DNA of 64,000 bases from an uncultured Verrucomicrobiae bacterium (GTDB taxonomy: Bacteria > Verrucomicrobiota > Verrucomicrobiia > Chthoniobacterales > JAFAMB01), in NCBI GenBank assembly GCA_963762565.1, contig CAVXLD010000001.1:192001-256000 (forward strand), written 5' to 3'. Below are positions 38,813-48,675 of this stretch, one piece after another. A model generated the notes under the pieces. The model ran no database searches, was not told the DNA's origin, and saw nothing but the letters and a program-made list of their open reading frames with translations. The first letter of the stretch is position 1. Every line of letters starts with the position of its first letter. Made by a program: the position numbers and the translations under genes.

Positions 38813-39802
38813 ATGGACCGGTTTTTCGTTGAGACTAGACGGGTAAGAACGTATGTTCAAACCCGAGGGACGGGCGTGCCGCTCGTCTTTATCCACGGTG
38901 CTCTGTTAAACTCCGACCTGTGGACCCACCAAATCGAGACCTTCTCGGATCTATTTCAGGTTGTTGCCTACGATTTGCGTGGACACGGACGCACTGGTCC
39001 GTCCGATTTGAAACGCTATACAACCGGTACTTTCGCCGATGATCTGGCCGAGATTCTCGACGCCTTAGAACTTAGCCGGCCGATCGTGTGCGGCCTCTCT
39101 ATGGGCGGTATGATTGCACAAAGCTTTGCCGCCAAATATCCGGAGCGAGTGCGCGCGCTCGTGCTATGCGATACCGGGGTATCAACCTGCCATTATTTAA
39201 CCGACAGAATCTTGAACCAGGCCATCGGATTGGTGACACCGACAGCAACGCTTCTAGGGGTTCCAGAGTTCCGCCGGTTCACCCATTTGGTCAACCAATG
39301 CTTCGGCGATCATAGTTGGGTGGCTCAGACTGAAAAAAGCATCAATTTCGTGGCGAAGGCTGTCGGAATGGTTAAGCCCCAAGAAGTCGCCAAGATCGTC
39401 ACTGCTCTCCGGAAGTTTGACAGTTCTCCACTCTACCGGCCTAAGATCCCGGCACTGATTCTCAATGGAGAAAGCGATTCTCCCTTTATTCTTCGGCACG
39501 CTAAGATACTGCAGGATGCTTACGTAGGATCCAATTATCGAACCATTCCGAAAGCAGGCCATTTAGCAAACCTTGATAACCCCGTGATTTTTGATTTGAG
39601 GTTGTTAGAATTTTTGACGGAACTATCCGCTAAGCCAGCTAGAGAGTTTGCAGTGATGGCTTGGCTGGCCCACACTTTGGCTCGCGGGCGCAGCCTGATT
39701 CAAACTTTTACTTCCAAGAAAAGCTCGACCGTTCAGGAGTATAACGGGCCGCTCTTAGAGACGAAGGAGAGGAGTCAGGCACCAGACCTGCGCCCTCGTT
39801 AG
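38813..39802 (+). CDS. alpha/beta hydrolase
   Basis: FIHG, YDLRGHG, GLSMGG, GESD, AGH. Confidence 0.93.
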   Translation: MDRFFVETRRVRTYVQTRGTGVPLVFIHGALLNSDLWTHQIETFSDLFQVVAYDLRGHGRTGPSDLKRYTTGTFADDLAEILDALELSRPIVCGLSMGGMIAQSFAAKYPERVRALVLCDTGVSTCHYLTDRILNQAIGLVTPTATLLGVPEFRRFTHLVNQCFGDHSWVAQTEKSINFVAKAVGMVKPQEVAKIVTALRKFDSSPLYRPKIPALILNGESDSPFILRHAKILQDAYVGSNYRTIPKAGHLANLDNPVIFDLRLLEFLTELSAKPAREFAVMAWLAHTLARGRSLIQTFTSKKSSTVQEYNGPLLETKERSQAPDLRPR

Positions 39803-39851
39803 CACACTATTTCTACTCGCTGACGGCGATTCCTGCGGCTTCAGAACGTTA

Positions 39852-40141
39852 GTGTGCTGTCCCATAAATAACATGGCTTTCGCCGTCGGTCAGTTGGCTG
39901 TTTTTCAAGGCGCGAGCGAAGCGCCCATATCTGGTTCATACGGGTCGAGCGAGCAACGCGGAAAAACAGCCAACTGGCCTCGGCCCGGAGGGTTGCGATG
40001 AAAATGGGCCGGCGGCTGCGTTGCTCGTCGGTTACGTATCGATCTAGATATGCGCCCCTTACCGCCAGTCCGGCTCGGACCGCCTTACCGGCGGCCCATT
40101 TTGATCACAACGAAAGCCATGTTATTTATGGGACAGCACAC
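39852..40141 (+). mobile_element. 290-bp MITE-like element, family E
   Basis: 31-bp perfect TIR GTGTGCTGTCCCATAAATAACATGGCTTTCG, TA on both flanks. Confidence 0.88.
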
Positions 40142-40150
40142 TAGGAGCGC

Positions 40151-40636
40151 TCACTTGTCCAGGTTAGTCGGTTCTGTCAACCGAGTCGCTTGCTCTTTTT
40201 GAGCTTGCACCGTCAGTCGATCCAGGGCACCGGTACCCTCTGGCTGTTTTACGTCGGCCTCGCGATCCACCGATTTAGTATCCTTCGCGTCTTGCTGGTC
40301 CGGCTGCTTTTTATCACCGCTACGACCGCTATTTGTCGTCTGGGCTACGTGATTCTCGCCATCCCGAATTGTTGACGCTTCCGGATCACGCCGGCGATTC
40401 TGCGGAGCAATGGTCGAGTGGAATGATCGATTTGCTGGGGTAATCGAGTGAAGACCATTGGCAGATCTGACATAAATCACTCGATCTTCCCGACCGCCTA
40501 CCACTATGACCCGCTTGACGATTACACGAGTTGCCACCGTCGGGACGGTAGGAACCTGATCGTCATCAGCCTTTGCAATTGCGCATAGGCAAAGGCCCAC
40601 GCTTAGCCCAGTTATAAGAAGTCGCGCTTTCTTCAT
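40151..40636 (-). CDS. secreted hypothetical protein
   Basis: signal MKKARLLITGLSVGLCLCAIAKA; weak resemblance to 49308-50225. Confidence 0.6.
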   Translation of the reverse strand: MKKARLLITGLSVGLCLCAIAKADDDQVPTVPTVATRVIVKRVIVVGGREDRVIYVRSANGLHSITPANRSFHSTIAPQNRRRDPEASTIRDGENHVAQTTNSGRSGDKKQPDQQDAKDTKSVDREADVKQPEGTGALDRLTVQAQKEQATRLTEPTNLDK

Positions 40637-40779
40637 TAGATCTTCTCCAAATATCTGCATGCATCTCCGCGCCAACCGCCAAAGTCCTTGCCGGAGATCA
40701 CCCAATCTTATTTCGCTTCCGCGCATCACCTTGGACTTGCATTGACATCGAGCAAACCGAAACCACCCACGCTCGCTCC

Positions 40780-40879
40780 TGAACTCCCCGACTCCGCAAA
40801 GCCTACGTCGCGGCAAGCCTTGAACTCCCCGACTTCGCAGAGCCTACGTCGCGGCAGGCCTTGAACTCCTTGAACTCCT
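40780..40879 (+). repeat. two 41-bp direct repeats followed by TGAACTCCT 9-mers
   Basis: 40780-40820 and 40821-40861 differ at 3 positions. Confidence 0.9.
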
Positions 40880-40901
40880 TGAGCTACCGTCTGCCTTGGG
40901 A

Positions 40902-42338
40902 ATGCCAGCCAGCCACGAATATGATGCGGTTGTAGTGGGCGCAGGACCGAACGGCTTGTCTGCAGCTATCCGTATCGCTCAGCACGGCTTTTCCACCTTG
41001 GTCTTAGAACAGAGCACAATTATTGGGGGCGCTTGCCGCACGGAAGAACTCACTCTTCCGGGATTCCGGCACGACGTCGGGTCTGCGGTTCATCCTCTTG
41101 CCCTAGGTTCGCCTTTCTTTTCCTCTCTGCCACTCGAAGAGCACGGTCTGAGTTGGTTGCAACCGACAATTCCACTCGCACATCCGATCGATAAAAACCG
41201 AATCGCCGTTCTTTATCAGTCCCTCGAAAAGACTGCGCTTCTCTTCGGACGCGATGCCGACCACTATACCAGGCTGTTTAGACCACTGGTCGCGAACTGG
41301 CGAAGCCTTCTGCACGAGTTTCTCCAACCAATAATCCATCGCCCGCAGCACCTGTTGCAGATGGCTCAATTTGGCTGCATGGCTCTCCTTTCAGTCGAGC
41401 AACTGGTCCGGAGACGCTTTTCGGAAGAAAAAACCAGAGCTTTATTGGCAGGCTTGGGAGCACATTCTTTTTTATCATTGAGTAGCCCAGGCTCAGCCTC
41501 CTTCGTTTTGGTTCTCGGATTGCTGGCTCACGCAGTCGGTTGGCCGATCCCCAAGGGTGGTGCCGGCTCGATCACTCAAGCTCTGTCGCAATATTTGTCA
41601 TCGCTCGGAGGAAGGATCGAGACCGGTAGGCCGATAAAGAGCTTTCGGGAACTGCCGAAAGCCCGAGCGGTGCTCTATGACCTTACTCCCCGGCAGCTCA
41701 TCCAAATCGAGTCACTGCCGAGCGGTTATCAACGGAAACTCGAACGATTCAAGTATGGACCAGCGGTTTTTAAGATCGACTACGCTCTGGATGGAAACAT
41801 CCCTTGGGTCCATGAGGCGTGCCATAGCGCCGGCACCGTTCATCTGGGAGGCACGTTCGAGGAAGTAGCCTTGGCGGAATCAAAAGTTGCTTCTAGAGGC
41901 TACACCGACCAGCCTTTCCTATTGCTCAGCCAACCGACCTTATTGGATCCAACCAGGGCGCCAGCCGGCAAGCACGTGCTTTGGGCTTACGCTCATGTTC
42001 CCTTTGGCTCAGACCGTGATCTCACCGAGATCATCGAACGACAAATCGACCGCTTTGCACCGGGATTTTCCAAGCACGTCATGGCGCGACACGTTAGTTC
42101 ACCGGCACAGCTGCAGACCATGAACCCGAATTTGGTCGGTGGAACCATAACCGGCGGGGCTAACCATTTGTGGCAATTGATCGCTAGACCGACGCTTAGC
42201 GCCGTCCCCTATCGGACGCCAAAAAAAGGGGTGTATCTTTGCTCTTCATCAACACCGCCTGGTGGCGGCGTTCACGGGATGTGCGGATTCCACGCGGCCA
42301 ATGCGGTTTTACGAGATTTTCATCGGAGTTCGAAGTAA
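40902..42338 (+). CDS. phytoene dehydrogenase-like FAD oxidoreductase
   Basis: VVGAGPNGL, GGACRTEELTLPGFRHD, STPPGGGVHGMCG. Confidence 0.9.
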   Translation: MPASHEYDAVVVGAGPNGLSAAIRIAQHGFSTLVLEQSTIIGGACRTEELTLPGFRHDVGSAVHPLALGSPFFSSLPLEEHGLSWLQPTIPLAHPIDKNRIAVLYQSLEKTALLFGRDADHYTRLFRPLVANWRSLLHEFLQPIIHRPQHLLQMAQFGCMALLSVEQLVRRRFSEEKTRALLAGLGAHSFLSLSSPGSASFVLVLGLLAHAVGWPIPKGGAGSITQALSQYLSSLGGRIETGRPIKSFRELPKARAVLYDLTPRQLIQIESLPSGYQRKLERFKYGPAVFKIDYALDGNIPWVHEACHSAGTVHLGGTFEEVALAESKVASRGYTDQPFLLLSQPTLLDPTRAPAGKHVLWAYAHVPFGSDRDLTEIIERQIDRFAPGFSKHVMARHVSSPAQLQTMNPNLVGGTITGGANHLWQLIARPTLSAVPYRTPKKGVYLCSSSTPPGGGVHGMCGFHAANAVLRDFHRSSK

Positions 42339-42339
42339 A

Positions 42340-42468
42340 TGTGGAGCGCTGCCTCGCTTGCGAGGCCGTGGTGAGCAGGGCAAGATGCTGTGTCATACGC
42401 CATTTTTTCGATGCTAGGTGACGTCGCCCTGCTTACCAACGGCCTCGCAAGCGAGGCAGCGCTCCACA
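42340..42468. repeat. REP doublet family D
   Basis: TGTGGAGCGCTGCCTCGCTTGCGAGGCCGTGGTGAGCAGGG ... mirrored arm; second copy inside 61168-61486. Confidence 0.88.
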
Positions 42469-42551
42469 CGGCGTTCTGGCGCGTTTACTTGACGCAGAAA
42501 CGTTCAGGCAGATACTTACGCCGCTAGTCTCCCTATTTATCCCCCAAAACC

Positions 42552-43817
42552 ATGAAACACGGAACTGTTTCTGTATTACTTCTGTCTGCCTGTCTCGCTT
42601 CGCCTGGCTTTAGCGATACAGTGATTAAAGTCCTGCACATCCAAAAGCTCCCCGCAGTTCGTGCCATCTGGCAAGAAGCAGCGGACCAATATCAGAAGGC
42701 AAATCCCGGAGTTAAAGTGCAATTCGACTACCTTGAAAATGAAGCGTTCAAGGCAAAGTTACCCACTCTATTGCAATCTAAAGACCGGCCCAGTGTCTTT
42801 CATAGCTGGGGCGGTGGAGTGATGGACGAACAAGTCGCCTCCGGCGTCTGCAAAGATATTACTCAAGCGGTCGGGAGCGGCGGATTTAAAGACACATTTT
42901 ATTCGGCCGGTGTCCAGAACTTCACCGTAAACGGAAAGATCTACGGCTTACCAAACGATATTGGACCAGTCGTCTTTTGGTACAACAAAGACCTCTGCCA
43001 GAAAGCCGGCGTTGATCCGACCCAAATTCATTACTGGGATGATTTTATTGCGGCGGTCAAAAAAATCCAGGCGGCCGGAATTACGCCAATCGCTGCCGGT
43101 GGCAAAGACAAATGGCCACTACATTTCTATCCGGCGATTCTGTTAATGCGCATCCTGGGCAAGGAAGGATTGACCGATGTGGCCGCCGGCAAGGATGGCG
43201 GGTTTACTAATCCCGATGCCGTCAAGGCGTTCCAGCTTTATAAGGAACTCGCGGACTTGCAGCCGTTCCAGAAAGGTTTTCAAGCGGCGACTTATCCTGA
43301 TTCGGCCGGTACGTTCCATGATGGGAAAACAGCGTTCCATTTGATGGGCATCTGGGACATCACCGAGGGCCGTTCCGATGCCGCGGACGGTAAAGGGTTA
43401 CCGGATGAAAAACTCGGCTGGTTCAACTTCCCGGAAGTGAAGGGCGGAAAAGGTCACGCCAACGATATCTTTGCCAGCGTCGACGGCTGGCTGGTTACCA
43501 GCGATGCCCCCAAAGAGACTGTTGATTTTATGAAGGTCTGGCTCGGAAAAGATATTCAGACCAAGCTAGCGGCCGCTGGTCTGTTCATTCCGATGGTAAA
43601 AGGAACGGCCGAGGCCATCCAGAACCCTTTCTTCAAAGGGATCGCCACGGAGGTCGCCGAATCCGACTGGATCGAAATCGCGATGGACCAGTTGCTCGGA
43701 CCTGACACCGGGTTGGTCTTCAATGATGAGAGCGCCGCGGTAGCCGCTGGAAGTGCTTCCCCAGCGGACGCTGCCAAAGCGATCGAAAGCGCTTTGGAAC
43801 GGAATAAGCAGCAATAA
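42552..43817 (+). CDS. carbohydrate ABC transporter substrate-binding protein
   Basis: signal peptide, ENEAFKAKL, SWGGG, GKIYGLP, FWYNKDL. Confidence 0.92.
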   Translation: MKHGTVSVLLLSACLASPGFSDTVIKVLHIQKLPAVRAIWQEAADQYQKANPGVKVQFDYLENEAFKAKLPTLLQSKDRPSVFHSWGGGVMDEQVASGVCKDITQAVGSGGFKDTFYSAGVQNFTVNGKIYGLPNDIGPVVFWYNKDLCQKAGVDPTQIHYWDDFIAAVKKIQAAGITPIAAGGKDKWPLHFYPAILLMRILGKEGLTDVAAGKDGGFTNPDAVKAFQLYKELADLQPFQKGFQAATYPDSAGTFHDGKTAFHLMGIWDITEGRSDAADGKGLPDEKLGWFNFPEVKGGKGHANDIFASVDGWLVTSDAPKETVDFMKVWLGKDIQTKLAAAGLFIPMVKGTAEAIQNPFFKGIATEVAESDWIEIAMDQLLGPDTGLVFNDESAAVAAGSASPADAAKAIESALERNKQQ

Positions 43818-43829
43818 TCTGAGCTCTCG

Positions 43830-43965
43830 GTTCTAGGTTCAAAGTTTTAGGTTTTAAGTTCTAAGTTCAGAGTGCTCGAAGGCAGAAATGGGCCTCCGAG
43901 CCTCTGGCTTGCAACTCCCGAAGTAGGACCTAAACCCTACAACCGGTAACTTTAAACCCTGAACT
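43830..43965. repeat. degenerate inverted arms of AAGTTYT-type heptamers
   Basis: ttctaggttcaaagttttaggttttaagttctaagttcag faces aactttaaaccctgaact. Confidence 0.6.
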
Positions 43966-43966
43966 C

Positions 43967-45052
43967 ATGCTGAATATCGGAGTCGTTGGATCCGGATTCA
44001 TTAGTCGAGCTTACCTGAAAGCAGCTCGGGACTTTCCGAATGTGCGAATCATCGCATGCTCGGATGTCAACTTTGCTGCTGCAGAAGAAAAGGCTCGCGA
44101 ATTCCAGATCCAAGCACAATCGGTCGGGGAACTGTTAGGAAACTCAGAAATCGATTTGGTTCTGAACCTGACGGTCCCTCAAAGTCATGGGGCTGTTTCC
44201 CTTCAGGCAATTGAGGCAGGGAAACATGTCTATTCGGAAAAACCCTTGGCTCTTTCGATAAAAGAAGCCACTCAACTGCTCTCCGCTGCCGGGGTTCGCG
44301 GCAAGCGGGTCGGTGTTGCGCCGGATACCTTTCTTGGTGGCGGCCAACAAACCGTCCGCGGATTGATTGACGGCGGCGCCATAGGAAAACCGATCGGCGG
44401 GGCTGCGTTCATCCTGCTCCCCGGCCACGAAATTTGGCATCCTAACCCGGACTTTTTCTATCAGGCGGGCGGCGGCCCGGTCCTCGATATGGGACCGTAC
44501 TATTTGACCGCCCTAGTGCATTTGCTCGGCCCAATCAAACGAGTGACATCGATTGGCAGCCGAACATTTGATGAGCGAGAAATTCAATCTGGACCACGAA
44601 AAGGAGAACGGATCCCAGTCACGATTTTGACCCATTTTAACGCCCTTCTGGAATTCCAGGAAGGACCGGTGGTCAGCTTTCACGCGAGTTTCGATGTGAA
44701 AGAGCATACACATTGGCCAATCGAGATCTATGGCACCGAGGGCACGCTCCAAGTACCCGATCCCAATACTTTCGGCGGACCTGTCCGACTATTGAAGGTT
44801 CGAAAGTCCGTCACTGAAGTCCCGCTCACACACGGTTTCTCTGATCGCAATTATCGAATTCTTGGTGTAGCCGAGATGGGGAACGCCATTGAAAAGGGTA
44901 GGCCTCATCGAGCCTCTGCTGAGCTTGGGTATCACGTCCTCGAGGTCATGGAGGCAATCGTTCAAGACGGTGGAAAAGGAACGCAGATCGCTTCACATTG
45001 CGACAGGCCGGCGCCTTTGCCATCACAGCCACGTTTAGGAATATTGGAATGA
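43967..45052 (+). CDS. Gfo/Idh/MocA oxidoreductase
   Basis: GVVGSGFIS, GKHVYSEKP, APDTFLG, WHPNPDFFY, DMGPYY. Confidence 0.93.
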   Translation: MLNIGVVGSGFISRAYLKAARDFPNVRIIACSDVNFAAAEEKAREFQIQAQSVGELLGNSEIDLVLNLTVPQSHGAVSLQAIEAGKHVYSEKPLALSIKEATQLLSAAGVRGKRVGVAPDTFLGGGQQTVRGLIDGGAIGKPIGGAAFILLPGHEIWHPNPDFFYQAGGGPVLDMGPYYLTALVHLLGPIKRVTSIGSRTFDEREIQSGPRKGERIPVTILTHFNALLEFQEGPVVSFHASFDVKEHTHWPIEIYGTEGTLQVPDPNTFGGPVRLLKVRKSVTEVPLTHGFSDRNYRILGVAEMGNAIEKGRPHRASAELGYHVLEVMEAIVQDGGKGTQIASHCDRPAPLPSQPRLGILE

Positions 45053-45101
45053 CCATGGAAGACATCCCCCAACCTGCCTTTGGCCGACGCAATTCGGACC
45101 C

Positions 45102-45307
45102 GGAGGGGAGCCGCTTTATCGTTAGGCAGCTCTGTAATTCGGCAGCAAGCGGCTCCCGAGAACGGCCCCGGATGATGCAGGTCTATTGGGCAGCCATATC
45201 GACCAGCTTGGAACAGAGCCGCTGGGCAAATATTTACGCTGGGTTATTCCCGGGAGCCGCCTGCTGCCAACTGATAGGACTGCCACACTACAAAGCGGCT
45301 CCCCTCC
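45102..45307. repeat. REP doublet family C
   Basis: same four-motif architecture and length as 35973-36178. Confidence 0.88.
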
Positions 45308-45353
45308 AGGCGCTGGGCATGCGACGCCGTGTTCTTAGAAGCACGAAGCGCAC

Positions 45354-45995
45354 ATGAGATCAGCACTCATTCTCTGGGGCGGTTGGGACGGTCACGAGCC
45401 GGAGCGGTGCGCGGAAATCGTTCAAGGGATGCTGACCGATGACGGGTTTCAGGTGAGCAAGGAGGCCGACCTGCAAGTCTTGGTTGAGGCAAACCCAGGC
45501 AGGTTCAACTTGATCGTACCGATCATTTCGATGGGATCGATCACAGATGCTCAGTGTAAAGCTCTGACCTCAGCCGTGGAAGCAGGAACGGGCCTGGCTG
45601 GCTTTCACGGCGGTATGGGCGATAGCTTCCGTAACCATACCCACTATCAATTCATGACTGGCGGTCAGTTTGTTGCGCATCCCGGCAACATCATCAATTA
45701 CCGGGTGAATATTGTGGATCATTCCGATCCAATCACAGCCGGCCTGGATGATTTCGATTACCGTTCAGAGCAATATTACATGCATGTGGATCCGAATAAT
45801 CACGTGCTCGCTACCACTACTTTTTCTGGCGAACACGCTTTCTGGGTTGCAGGGGCGACAATACCAGTGGTCTGGAAACGACAGCACGGGCATGGAAAAG
45901 TGTTTTTCAGTTCATTAGGCCACGCAGCGTCTGAGTTTGCCGTGAAAGAGATGAGAACAATCTTGCAACGCGGGATGGTTTGGGCAGCCAGGTGA
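45354..45995 (+). CDS. ThuA-like domain protein
   Basis: WGGWDGHEP, GFHGG, GGQFVAHP, SEQYY, SSLGH. Confidence 0.9.
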   Translation: MRSALILWGGWDGHEPERCAEIVQGMLTDDGFQVSKEADLQVLVEANPGRFNLIVPIISMGSITDAQCKALTSAVEAGTGLAGFHGGMGDSFRNHTHYQFMTGGQFVAHPGNIINYRVNIVDHSDPITAGLDDFDYRSEQYYMHVDPNNHVLATTTFSGEHAFWVAGATIPVVWKRQHGHGKVFFSSLGHAASEFAVKEMRTILQRGMVWAAR

Positions 45996-46059
45996 AGCCT
46001 ATGGACTTGTCCATCGAAGGCGGTCGAACAGCTCCTAGGCACTCGCTGAACTCAACGCC

Positions 46060-46182
46060 GGGAGGGATTCGCGTCCTCGCGATCCGACGCGATCGAAGCC
46101 CTGCGCGGCTGGCGGACGAGGGGTTGAATGTATCTTTAGTTCTTGGAACGTCTTTACGGCGCGCGGGGACGCGCGCCCTCCC
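46060..46182 (-). repeat. REP doublet family B (inverted)
   Basis: GGGAGGGATTCGCGTCCTCGCGATCC ... GGCGCGCGGGGACGCGCGCCCTCCC. Confidence 0.85.
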
Positions 46183-46266
46183 GGGCGGCGGAGCCCTTCT
46201 CTCGCCGCGAGATGTATACGCAAGCGAGCGAGTGCGAGATCCCGGTTCACATTGCTCAAAGATCCT

Positions 46267-47229
46267 ATGCCGCCCAACCAAACGTTGATAGCGGAAGCTC
46301 CGGCGAAAAAAACGCCTGTCCCGAAAAGCTCTTTGCCTTCCGGGCTGCGCGCCGCCTATCGCAGCGGTATTCTGACGACGCTGCTTTTGTTTTTGCCTCC
46401 GGCGCTCGTGCTCTTCAGCATGTTCGTTATCCTGCCGGTCGGCGAAGCCAGCTATTTCAGCTTTTTTAACTGGAACGGGTACGGCCATCCCAATAAGTGG
46501 ATCGATTTCGTAAATTATTTTCGCGTCCTGCGCGACCCGGTTTTTCTGCAGTCACTGGGAAATAATGGTCTGGTCATCCTAGTCTCAGCTTTTATTCAGG
46601 TGCCGCTGGCGCTCTGGGTAGCCCTTCTGATCTCCGATCGAAGCCGGTCCAGCATCGTGTTTCGGGCGATCTTTTTCGTTCCTTACATACTGGCTGACGT
46701 CGTGGCCGGTCTGATTTGGCGTTATCTCTACGACGGTGATTATGGAATTGTCGGCACGATCTTTCGTTGGTTTGGGCGTGATGCCCCCGATGTCCTGGCA
46801 GAGACCGGGTGGGCGACAGCGGCGCTATTATTAGTCGTGGTCTGGAAATATTTCGGATTTCACATGGCGCTGTTCATTGCTGGACGCCAAAACGTCCCCA
46901 ACGACGTACTCGAGTCGGCGCGAATCGACGGCGCCAGCCGTTGGAACATTACCCGTTTCATAGTTCTTCCGCTGATGCGGCCAGTCATTGTTCTTTCTCT
47001 GTTTTTTAGCTTGCTCGGGTCTCTACAACTCTTTGACCTCATTATCGCGCTGACTGGTGGAGGTCCGCTCAATTCAACCCACTCGGCGGTCTCTTACCTC
47101 TACACGTTTGGAATCAGGCGGATGCAAGTCGGTTTTGGCAGTGCGGTCGGAGTTATCCTTTTTATTATCTGCGTTCTGGTCATGATTTTCTATAAGCGCA
47201 TCTTTATGCGGGAGTCTGCCTCCAAATGA
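46267..47229 (+). CDS. carbohydrate ABC transporter permease
   Basis: FRAIFFVPY, EAA loop ESARIDGA. Confidence 0.93.
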   Translation: MPPNQTLIAEAPAKKTPVPKSSLPSGLRAAYRSGILTTLLLFLPPALVLFSMFVILPVGEASYFSFFNWNGYGHPNKWIDFVNYFRVLRDPVFLQSLGNNGLVILVSAFIQVPLALWVALLISDRSRSSIVFRAIFFVPYILADVVAGLIWRYLYDGDYGIVGTIFRWFGRDAPDVLAETGWATAALLLVVVWKYFGFHMALFIAGRQNVPNDVLESARIDGASRWNITRFIVLPLMRPVIVLSLFFSLLGSLQLFDLIIALTGGGPLNSTHSAVSYLYTFGIRRMQVGFGSAVGVILFIICVLVMIFYKRIFMRESASK

Positions 47230-48047
47230 AATCCCTCTTCAGTTACTATCGATGGTTGGTCTTGCTTCTGGTAGCGAGTTTTTGCCTGGTTCCATTGTGG
47301 GCAACCGTCGTGGGTGGGTTTAAGTCGACGGGTGACCTCCGTACGAATGCTCTCGGCTTGCCCCGGCAGTGGCTGGTAGACAATTATATTTCCATCGTCT
47401 CGACTCCGCGGTTTTGGCAGATGCTTTGGAATTCGGCTGTGATCGCCTTTTTCACGGTCGTACTAACATTGATAGTCAGTTCACTAGCTGCATATACTCT
47501 AGCTCATTTGCGCTTCGCTGGGCGCAAATGGATCGCCAACTACCTGACCCTGGGACTGACTTTCCCGTTCGCCACTGCAGTCTTGCCAGTATTTATTCGG
47601 GTTCGCGATCTCGGCCTGCTCGACACCTACTGGGGCGTCATCCTCCCCCAAGTCGCCTTTAACTTAAGCTTTAGCATCGTGTTGCTGCGCGGTTTCTTCT
47701 CAGAGTTACCAAAGGAATTGTTTGAAGCTGCGATCATGGATGGTTGCAGTTATCCACGAATCTTTTTGCGCATTACCCTGCCGCTCTCTCGCCCGATCCT
47801 GGCCACTGTCGGCGTTCTGGCTCTGGTCGGAAGCTGGAACAACTTCCTTTTGCCATTGGTTACCATCAATGACGACTCCGTTTATCCATGGCCTTTAGGA
47901 ATCATGCAGTTTCAAGGTCAATACAGCACCGACTGGGGGAAGGTGCTGGCTTTCGTAACCCTCACCATGCTTCCCGCTATCACGCTGTATCTGATGGCCC
48001 AGAAACAGGTCATTGCCGGCCTTACTTCGGGAGCCGTTAAGGGTTAG
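47226..48047 (+). CDS. carbohydrate ABC transporter permease
   Basis: EAAIMDG, SWNNFLLPL, GLTSGAVKG; ATGA overlap. Confidence 0.93.
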   Translation: MKSLFSYYRWLVLLLVASFCLVPLWATVVGGFKSTGDLRTNALGLPRQWLVDNYISIVSTPRFWQMLWNSAVIAFFTVVLTLIVSSLAAYTLAHLRFAGRKWIANYLTLGLTFPFATAVLPVFIRVRDLGLLDTYWGVILPQVAFNLSFSIVLLRGFFSELPKELFEAAIMDGCSYPRIFLRITLPLSRPILATVGVLALVGSWNNFLLPLVTINDDSVYPWPLGIMQFQGQYSTDWGKVLAFVTLTMLPAITLYLMAQKQVIAGLTSGAVKG

Positions 48048-48218
48048 CGTTTGGCGTTTGGCGTTCGGCGTTGGCAGTTGGTAGCGCTCGAGCTCAGTAA
48101 GCGGTTTTCTTCTACATAGCGCTCATTATTTTGGGACGACCACGGCCGCCTTTCACCTTTCACTTCTCACTGATCACTAACCTTGAGCATTGGACACAAA
48201 CCATTCACACTCCTACCC

Positions 48219-48581
48219 ATGGCCGAGCTCACAACCTATCTCTTCCCTGCTGTCCAAGGATTGTTTTGCCTGATCGTAGCCGTGGTATGGCTGATCGGGT
48301 TTATTCGTCAGCGAAACATCGGTTTTTTGCTATTGACCCTGGCGACGCTTGCCGAAGGTGTAACCAGTCCAATCCGGCAGGTGCTAATCAATTACGTGAT
48401 CTTTCATGAGTCTCATCTCTCCGCTGCAGAACGGTCGACCGCCCTTGCAACGATTTCCTACACGATTCTTGGTTTTTACATCGTGTTTTGGCTGGTTACC
48501 GCCCTCGGCGCGACGTTGGTGGTGTTCCATCGATCAAAACATCAGATAGCTCCCGGACCAATTCCTCCCGTGTCTGGTTAG
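48219..48581 (+). CDS. hypothetical membrane protein
   Basis: three hydrophobic segments; ATG 48219. Confidence 0.65.
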   Translation: MAELTTYLFPAVQGLFCLIVAVVWLIGFIRQRNIGFLLLTLATLAEGVTSPIRQVLINYVIFHESHLSAAERSTALATISYTILGFYIVFWLVTALGATLVVFHRSKHQIAPGPIPPVSG

Positions 48582-48602
48582 ATCGATCGCACATAAATAG
48601 CG

Positions 48603-48634
48603 TTGGCGGTTTCGCACCGCTGCGAAACCGCCAA
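48603..48634. terminator. 14-bp perfect hairpin between convergent genes
   Basis: TTGGCGGTTTCGCA-ccgc-TGCGAAACCGCCAA; no clear U tract. Confidence 0.55.
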
Positions 48635-48675
48635 GTCGGCTACTCCTGAAAAACTGGAGTCAGGTTAAAGGGTTC

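Noticed and set aside
40660..40675. Minus-strand TTGGCGCGGAGATGCA as a sigma54 promoter
   Set aside because: GG to GC spacing is 9 nt, not the required 10.
42496..42507. LacI-type operator AGAAACGTTCAG in the sugar ABC promoter
   Set aside because: Only a 6-bp AACGTT core is symmetric and no LacI gene is in the window.
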